Positions 19,360 through 28,300 of a stretch of 64,000 nucleotides of DNA are shown here, one piece after another; positions within the stretch are counted from its first letter, which is position 1; each line of letters begins with the position of its first letter. The notes beneath the pieces were generated by a model. That model had not been told where the DNA came from, did not search any database, and saw nothing but the letters and a program-made list of their open reading frames with translations. The DNA is taken from the NCBI GenBank assembly GCA_965216875.1, contig OZ244207.1:4160001-4224000 (forward strand). Reading direction: 5' to 3'. The DNA is from Rubripirellula sp. (GTDB lineage Bacteria > Planctomycetota > Planctomycetia > Pirellulales > Pirellulaceae). Made by a program: the position numbers and the translations under genes.

Positions 19360-22300
19360 GATTCACCCCTCGCGGACTTTGGCAAAGCCTTGGGGTCATG
19401 AAGATGCCCGTACGCCACACAACCGACTTCGATTCCGGCGCCGACCGAGACGAGCAGCCACGTTTCGGATTTCGTTGTCTTGAGAGTCTTACCCAACGCG
19501 ATCGCAATCGTTGACGTAAAGGCATCGCTACCCTGCGAATCGGCTGCGACCACGGCATCAACATCAATGCCAAGGGCTTGCGCAACCACAATCGGGGCAA
19601 TGCGAGTTGGGGTCGTCACCAAGACGCGATTGAATTGTGCAATCGACGTTCCTTCGCGCCCTAGGAAGTCATCAACGGCGTCGATCAAACAAGCGACAAC
19701 GGTCTCCTCGAGATCATCCGACCGTTCGATCTCCAACCTCGCCACGCGCTGGACCAGACGCGTTCGCGTTACGAGTTTGCCTGCGTGCTCTGGATAGGAT
19801 TTAAAGAAGAACTCACCGAAACCCTCGCTCGCGTTGTCGGTCCGTTCAATTGCAATTGCTGACCCACCAATCACAAGCCCGTACTGAGCAAACGACCGAT
19901 CATTGTTCTCAGTTTCCGAGGCGGTGATCAAAGCACGCTTGCCCGCTCCTGTTCTCAGCGACCCGGCAACCAGACTGCACGCAACAAGTGGCCCGCGAGA
20001 GCTGTCGGTCAAGTCGTAGGCAAGCCCTCGGCTATCGCCCTCGGCAACCTCGGCCATCCCCAGCTCTCCCGACACGATCGCCGCAACGGCTGGCTCACTA
20101 AGAAACTCGTCCCGATACACGCCTGCATGAATCAACATGTCTACATCACTGGCTTGCCAGTCGACAGAAGCCAACGACTTGGAAGCCGCGGCGAGGCTGG
20201 TTCGGACAACGGACATTTCAACCGCACTCTCGATGCTGCCATTAAGATTCGGTTCCTGCGTTTCCTTGACCCAAGAGGTCGCCACAATACGAGTCCCGAA
20301 CAATTGATTCGGTAGGGTGATCGGGGCAACCGAACTCGACTTGGTTCCATCAGCAATACGCTCGGGGAGCGAATCGAAGGTATAGAGTGCTGTCCCGATC
20401 GTTTGCCCCGAACCACTGATGGCGAAAACAGCGCGATCCTCTTTCTGTATTCGTCCGCCAAGAATCATGTCCATCACCGCGACCCAGTGGGTCGTGCTGG
20501 CGGTGTTGCCACGATGCGTCAAGTTGTTGACGGTATTCTTGTGATCACACACGGTTGCATCGAAGTGTCGATTGAGTTCCTCAATCGCTCCATCGAGCGT
20601 TGTCGTCGACGTTTGATGCATGATGACGTGTTGAATCTCGTCGGGCCGCCACTTTCGTTGAACCAACGATCGATGCGCGTGGTTGACCGAAAGGTCGAGT
20701 GTCACGGCCGACGCTTTCACAGCATCGGTGTACATGATCGCGCCACCGTGCGGGCGGTCCGTCACTTTCGCAACGCACAAATCATGGTGCCGTCCATCGG
20801 TGTAGAGATCGAGGGACTCAAATCCATAGCCACTGTCGGTCAGTTCTACGATCACCGCCGCACCGGCATCGCCGAGCGTCAAACAAGCCAGACGAGGATC
20901 AAGAAACCCTTCGATTTCCTTTTGGGCCGTTTTGGTTAGGTGCGTGATGTACTCGCCACTGACAATCATCACGCGCGCCGCCTGACCACTGCGCAATTGG
21001 TCTTCTGCAATGGAAAGGGCTGTAAAGAACCCAGCGCAGGCGTTGCATACATCAAACGCCAATGCCGAAGTCGCACCAAGTCGCTGCTTCAGTTTGGAAG
21101 CCGTTGAGGGTTCATAGGAAACTTCGAAGTCCGGCCCGTCGTAGCGAGAGATATTGCATGCGATAAGCGAATCAATCTCGCCCGCTTCGAATCGTGAGTT
21201 TTCGAGACAGCTGATCGCGGCCTTGAATGCGAGATCGATCGCGAACTCCGTTTCCCCGGCAACGTGTCGACTTTGGATTCCCGTCATTCGCTCAAGCGGG
21301 AACTCAAGTTTTTTCTGGCAACCTTCGATGACCTCATCGGTCGTCTCGGTCGCAGGGGGCAGATAAGTGCCTAAACTTTCGACCGTCATCTTCAACGAAG
21401 TCGATCGCGACGGTTCCTGCGCAACAGAATCGATCGTTTGTTGCCCGATCGGCTGGCCCAAGACATCTGGCTCGGCCGCAGCCTGCGTTTCAGCTGCGGG
21501 CCCGTCGGCATCGATCGCGGCAGCCAGCTCGGCGACGGTCTGGAACTGAAACATGCGTTCGGCCGACACTGAAAAGCCTTCACGCATCGCCAGCTCGGCG
21601 GCTTGAAGTGCCTGCAGTGATGCGCCACCCAACTCGAAAAAGTTGTCGTGAATGCCTACCGAAGGGACATTCAAGACCTTGCACCAAATCGCTGCGATCA
21701 CCTTTTCCGTTGGTGTCGATGGCGGAACGGCCTCGGTGGCTTCAACTGCATCACTGGGATCTGGCAAGCGGGTTGCATCCAGTTTGCCGCTCACGGTCAA
21801 CGGAAATGCGTCCACACCGACAAACGCTTTGGGGACCATGTAGCAAGGCAAATGACTTGCGACATGCTTGCGAAGATCGGCTTGGAAGGAAGCGTCATCG
21901 GCATCGCTGCTGCGAGGCCGATCGGCGAGGTAGTAACCGACTAAGCCGATTCCCGAGTGATACAACACGTGAGCGTCTTTGATTGACTTGCCCGCGCGCA
22001 TCACGGCCGCGATCTCACCCGGCTCGATTCGATTTCCGTCCACCTTGACTTGGTCATCGATGCGGCCGAGGAATTCAACCTCACCCGTTGTCGTCCAACG
22101 CGCGCGATCGCCCGATCGATACATCGAGGCATCAAAAGCATCGCTAAAGGGGTTGGGCACAAAGACGTCCGCGGTCAACTCGGGTCGCCCGAAGTATTCA
22201 AGCGCCAATCCGGGACCTGAAATACAAAGTTCACCTGGAACGCCGATGGGCATCGGTTCAAGATGCCCGTCCACAATCTCGATTCGTACGTTGGACACCG

Positions 22301-25300
22301 GTTGTCCCAACGAAGGCTCTGTTCCGTCACCCGAGCATTGGTGAGTCGACGCCCAGACGGTCGTTTCAGTTGGGCCGTAGGCGTTGAACATTCGCCGAGG
22401 GTTTCCGGCACGTTCGATCCATTTGTCGACCAGCTGCGCCGAACAGGCTTCGCCCGCAGAAATGACGGTATGCAAAGCGGGCAAGTCGTCACTCGAAAGC
22501 GCCGACAAAACCGACGGAGGCAACGTCGCGACGTTGACATTTGAACGGCGCAATTGGTCTGTGATTTCACCAGTTGACGACCGAACGACCCCCGGGTCGA
22601 TCACATAAAGCGTCGCTCCGGCATGAAGTGCCAGAATGATTTCGAAAACGGACGCGTCAAAGTGCAACGAACTGAACTGCAGACATTTGTCGCTCGCCTG
22701 AATACCAAATGTCTTGCGTTGGGCCACGGCCATGTTGGCGATTCCGCGGTGCGTCAGGACGGTTCCCTTGGGTTTCCCAGTCGATCCAGAGGTGTAGATC
22801 AGGTAGGCCAAGTCATCGTGCGTGACCTTCGGCAAAGCAACGCGTTCGGAGTTCCCGAAACGAGCTTCGTCACCACCAATCGACACCACGACGCGATACC
22901 CACCGAGCGCAAGTTCATCGATCTTGTTTTGATCTTGGTCGGTCAAAACCACGTCAGGCGAAGCGTCGGCAAAGATCGCCTGCAATCGCGATCGAGGGTG
23001 TGCCGGGTCAAGCGGAACGTATGCAGCGCCCGCTCGCCAAGCAGCCATGATTCCGATGATCGATTCAACGCCTCGACCAGCCAACAACCCGACGATGTCC
23101 CCCTTGCGGGTTCCGGCCGAGAGAAGCCGAGCCGCAACGCTGTCGACACGTTGATCGAGTTGGCGATAAGAGATTGCCGCCGATTCCGATTCGAGTGCGA
23201 TTGCATCTGGCGTTTGCTTTGCCCATTGCCGAAGCAATGCGTCACCCGCATGATCGGGATCAAAATCGACGTGCGTATCGTTCCACCGCGTGATGCACTC
23301 CTGCTGTTCCAACGAAAGCAGCGGCGCGGTGCGAATCGGAACATCGGGATTGATGGCGATCGCATCAATCAACGTATTGAAGCTCTGCGAAAGACTCTCG
23401 ATCGCTTCGTCGCTAAACAAATCGGTGTTGTAGCGAAATGTCAGCTTCAATTCGTCTTCGAGTTCGAATACGATCAAGGTCAAATCAAAGGGAGCGCCGC
23501 GCTGTTCCATCAACAACGGCTTGAGCCTCAAACGGTCGCTCGACTTACCCGGCGCGAAGTGCGATTCTTTGAGGTGCCGCGGCTTGTCCCAAATGAACAT
23601 CGTCTGGATCAGCGGCGATCGACTCGTATCGCGGAGCGGCCGGACCTTCTCGACCAGTTTGGCAAACGGCAACGCTTGGTGCTGCAACGCGTCGAGTACT
23701 TCGCGTTGACTGTCACGAAGCACATCACGGAACGTCGGCGAACCGTTGATCCGGGTTCGCAAAACAAGCTGGTTCAGGAAATAGCCGACGATCCCTTCCC
23801 ATTCCGAACGTCCGCGACTCGCCGAAACCGTTCCAACGAGCAGATCATCCTGGCCACAGATGCGTGACAAAAACGTTTGGTACGCGGCAAGCACAATCGT
23901 GAACAGTGTCGTTCGTTCTTCAACCGCAACATCGCGAAGCGATTCGACAACCTCCGTCGGGACCGTCCACTCCAACGATTTTCCGTTGAACGTCTGCTCG
24001 GCAGGACGCTGGTAGGTCGTCGGCAACTCCAATACATGCGGTGCACCTTCGAGTTTGCGTTGCCAAAACCGCCAAAGCTGCTCGCCCTCTTCACTAGTGT
24101 CGAGCCCGCGCTCCCAATCGACGTAGGCGTCGTAGGTCGTTGGCAGTGTCCCCAAATCGATCGTCCCGCCACCAACGATCATTGCGTAAAGGTCAAGCAA
24201 CTCCTGGATCAACACGTCCATCGACCACAGGTCGGCCGCAATATGGTGCATCGCGATCGACAAGACGTCTCCCTTGCGACATCGCAAGAGCGTGAAACGA
24301 ATGACCGGACCGTCCTGGAGATCAAAGGGGGCGTCGGCTTGATCGCGAATCCAATCGACCATGCGGCTCCGCTTCCAATCCTGGCAGTCCTTTTCGGCAA
24401 TCTCGACATCGATCGAATCGGACAAAACGCGAACCGCGGCATCACCATCGAGTCGATAGCGAGTTCGCAAGACGGGATGGCGTTTGACGAGCGAGCGACA
24501 TGCCTTGGTCATCGCGTCGCGGTCGATCGTGCGCGACGTTTGTGCTGCAAAGGCAAAGTTGTACGCGGGGCCCTCAGGAGCACGCTGGTGAATCAACCAC
24601 AAAGCTGTCTGACCGACCGACATCGGACCAAGCACACGCTCGCCCGTCGACGGTGACCGGCGAGTGGCGATGTCGGTGGTTTGCGGTTGCCGTTGCGACG
24701 AGGGGTCGGTTGCCAAATCCGACGCTACCCGGTCGGCAACACTCACTTCCTGACGGTCTCCGCGAGGAACAATCGAGCGAGGGTCGACTTCTTGGGAATC
24801 GAGCGCAATGCTCATCAATTGCGTGAGCGACTTGCCCTCAAGGAACGCGACCATCGGCACCGACAACTCAAGCTCCGACGAAAGTCGGTTCTTCAATTGA
24901 ATCGCCATCAACGAATCGATACCGAGATTGGACACCGGCTGGTCGATGTCGATCTCAGCCGGATCATGCTCAAGCACTGCGGCAACGGCGTGACGAAAGT
25001 AGTCTTCGAGCGCTGCTCGGCGACCGTCAACGTTGCTGCTTTGTTGAAACGCTTCAACCCACTTGGACAGGTCGACTCGCGTTTTCCCGGCTCTCTGAGC
25101 TGAACGGTTCCCCAATGATCGTGATGCGGATTGCGAACTCGTTGCTTTCTGAGGCCTCGAATCATCGCCTACACCGGTCGCAACCAAGACCGCTTGGCCT
25201 TGTTGGACGCGCGCCAACGAAGCATCAGGAGCGAGGATGGCGGGGTCGCGATACCCGCATCCATTCAACAGTTGCAGCCAAGCTTTTGAATCAATCAGAG

Positions 25301-28300
25301 GATAGTTCGGCCTCAACTCCGAATCTTCGAATCGCCACCACCCTTCGGTCAGTCCAAAGATCAAATCGAGCATCGGCTCGGGGCGGACGCCTTCGAGTGC
25401 CACCAACAAACCGCCCGACCTGAGCAATCGATTTGCGTTGGACAAGGTCCGTTTCAAGTCACTCGTCGCGTGAAAAACGTTTGCGGCGATCACGATGTCA
25501 AAAGCGTCTTCTTCGAATCCTTGCGACTCGATGGTCGATTCGATATCGAGCACTTGAAACTCGAGCGAGCCCGAGGCTTCTTGAGAAGATTCGAAGCGTC
25601 CCGACGCTTCCGCCACGAGCAGCGGCGAGACATCGGTGAACACATAGGATTCAACCTTATCTTTGATCGCGGGCCAAACGAAACTTGTCGTTCCGCCCGT
25701 GCCGCCTCCGATTTCAAGCACGCGTATTGGGCGCGATGGATCGTGCGCCAATTGCGTGTCGATCGCCGCGACCACCGCGTCGGCAACCGTCTGATTGCAA
25801 ACCTGGGCGACCGGTGAGGCGCGGTAAAGCGATTCCAAATCGGACGCATCTCCGCCAGGGAAAAGGACCTCCAGAGGATCGGTCTGGCCAGCGAGAACGG
25901 ATGCAAGTTTGCTGCCGCAACGAGCCACCAGTTTGAGTTCCCGAGTCACGGAGGGATGCTTTTGCCTCAGTGGTGCAACTGCGCCACACAACTGGGACGC
26001 CTCAATTCGCTGGTGCCCCACAACGCGCCAAGACCTTGTGGATTGATGCTCGATGGGCTCCAGCCATCGTTGGTCAGCCAAAATCTCGCATATGCGCTCG
26101 GCCAAACGCAAATGTTTCGCAGCGATTCGTCCCACTGCCACTTCGTTTGCAAGATCCACAACTTGGCCGTCGCGATCCGCAAGTCCGAGCGTCTCGAACG
26201 CCTTGTACATGTAACGCGCAACCAATTGATCGACTTCTGGCTTTGCAGCAGCGTAAGACTCGAGTTCCTCGGCCAAACCGTGACAGTCTCGATCGCGTTG
26301 CCTATCGGTCACCGACGAGGCAATGGTGTCGGTATCGATGCTCGGCGCGGCATCGTTCTTCGCGTCATCCAACCAGTAGCTTCGCGGTTGGAAGGGGTAC
26401 CCTGGAAGCCGGAAATTCGAAGGTTCCGACCGGTCGCGACTTCCGTTGACTTCATCCCAATCGAGTTCGACACCTCGGCAGAAAAGCTCTCCAACCGCAG
26501 TCAACACACAACGCAAATCGTCTTGACCGCGAACGAGTGTTTGTAAGTAGTCGATAGGGATGTTGCTATTGAGTTGCCCCAAGGTGCAAAGTGTCGGATG
26601 CGGTCCGATCTCGATGGCAACATCACACTTTGACTTGGCCAATGACTCGAGGGCGCGGACATATTGAACTGGCTCGCGACTGTGGCGTGTCCAGTAATTC
26701 GGCGAACAGACTTCCGAAGTCACCTGCTGGCCGGTGAGTGACGAGATATACGTCTTCTCTGGCAACGACAACTTGGCTGACTCGATCACACCTTTGATAG
26801 GCTCGAGCACCGGGTCCATCAGCGAGGAATGAAACGCTTGATTGATTCGCAAAGGCCGTGTTGTGGTTCCCGCTGCCGCCAACGTGTCTTGCAACATGGC
26901 GATTCCCGACGAGGCACCCGAAACCACGATGTGCTCGGGAGCATCGATCGCTGCGATCGACAGGTCCTGTCCAAGTTCATTGATTCGATGCTGCACCGAC
27001 TCGGCCGAATCAAAGACAACGGTCATCGCACCTGCTTGGCTAAGCAGCGAGACGTGACGGGCACGCACTGCCGTCAATCGCAATGCATCCTCCCAGGTCA
27101 TCACACCCGAGATCGCCGCCGCCGCGAACTCGCCCATGCTATGGCCCAGCACGGTCGTCGCACCAGCGCCGAATTGCTCGAACGTCTTGGCGAGCGCAAG
27201 TTGCAACGAAAACAAACTCGTTTGTGCAGCCGGTCCGTTTAGCAATTCGGCCACGGCCCCATTGGTCTCGGGCGACGAAGCGATCAGATCGGTGATCGAA
27301 TGATCGAACTCGTCCCTCAGAAGTTCATCACAGCAATCGATCCACTTCCGAAACGTTGGGAGATGGCGATACAGCATCTGTCCCATGCCGACGTGCTGTC
27401 CACCTTGACCGGTAAACAGCATCGCGATCGAAACCGCTCGGTCAGAGAGGGCCGTTGCGGCGCAAACATGTTCGCTTGCCTTGCCCTCGGCAAACTGCGT
27501 CAACCGCTCCGCAACGGTTTCTTTCGAACTTCCGACAACGGCGACACGATGACGTAGACTCGACCGTTGATATTGGGTCGCCTGTGCGATCACGTCGAGC
27601 TCGCCCGCACTTTGCCGCAATACGTCACCATGCTGGCGAGCCAAATCTGCTAGGCCCTCGACGTGGCCCGACGACAACGTGATTAGACTTGGAAGTGTGC
27701 CGGTTGGACTCGCTTTCGGTGCTCGCTTTGGTCTTTCGCCTTGGCCAACAATCACATGAGCGTTGGTGCCTCCGAATCCAAACGAACTCACTGCCGCCCG
27801 GCGACGCGTTGAGTCGTCCCATCTCGCATTGGTTGTCGAAATCGACAGACGCGATTCATCGAGATCGATGTGTGGATTCAATACGGCAAGGTTCGGCTGC
27901 GAAACCACCTCGCCATGTTCCAGCTCCAACACAACTTTCAAAAGACTGGCCAATCCTGCCGCCGACTCGAGATGACCGAGGTTTGCTTTGACTGCACCTA
28001 AGAAACAGTCGTTGGCCTGCTGTCCGCGTCGGCCATAGACTTGGTTCAGGCTGCGAAATTCGATCGGATCGCCAAGGATCGTTCCCGTGCCGTGCGCTTC
28101 GATTCTGGAAACGGCAGACGGTTCTAGCGCGGCATCAGCAAGTGCGTTTCGATACAGCTGCTGCTGAGCATCACCACTCGGGGCGGTGATACCATTGGTC
28201 AAGCCATCCTGATTAATCGCCGTTCCTTCGATGACGGCACGAATGAGGTCGCCGTCACGCCGTGCCGCCTCAAGCGGCTTCAACACAACCGCAATGCACC

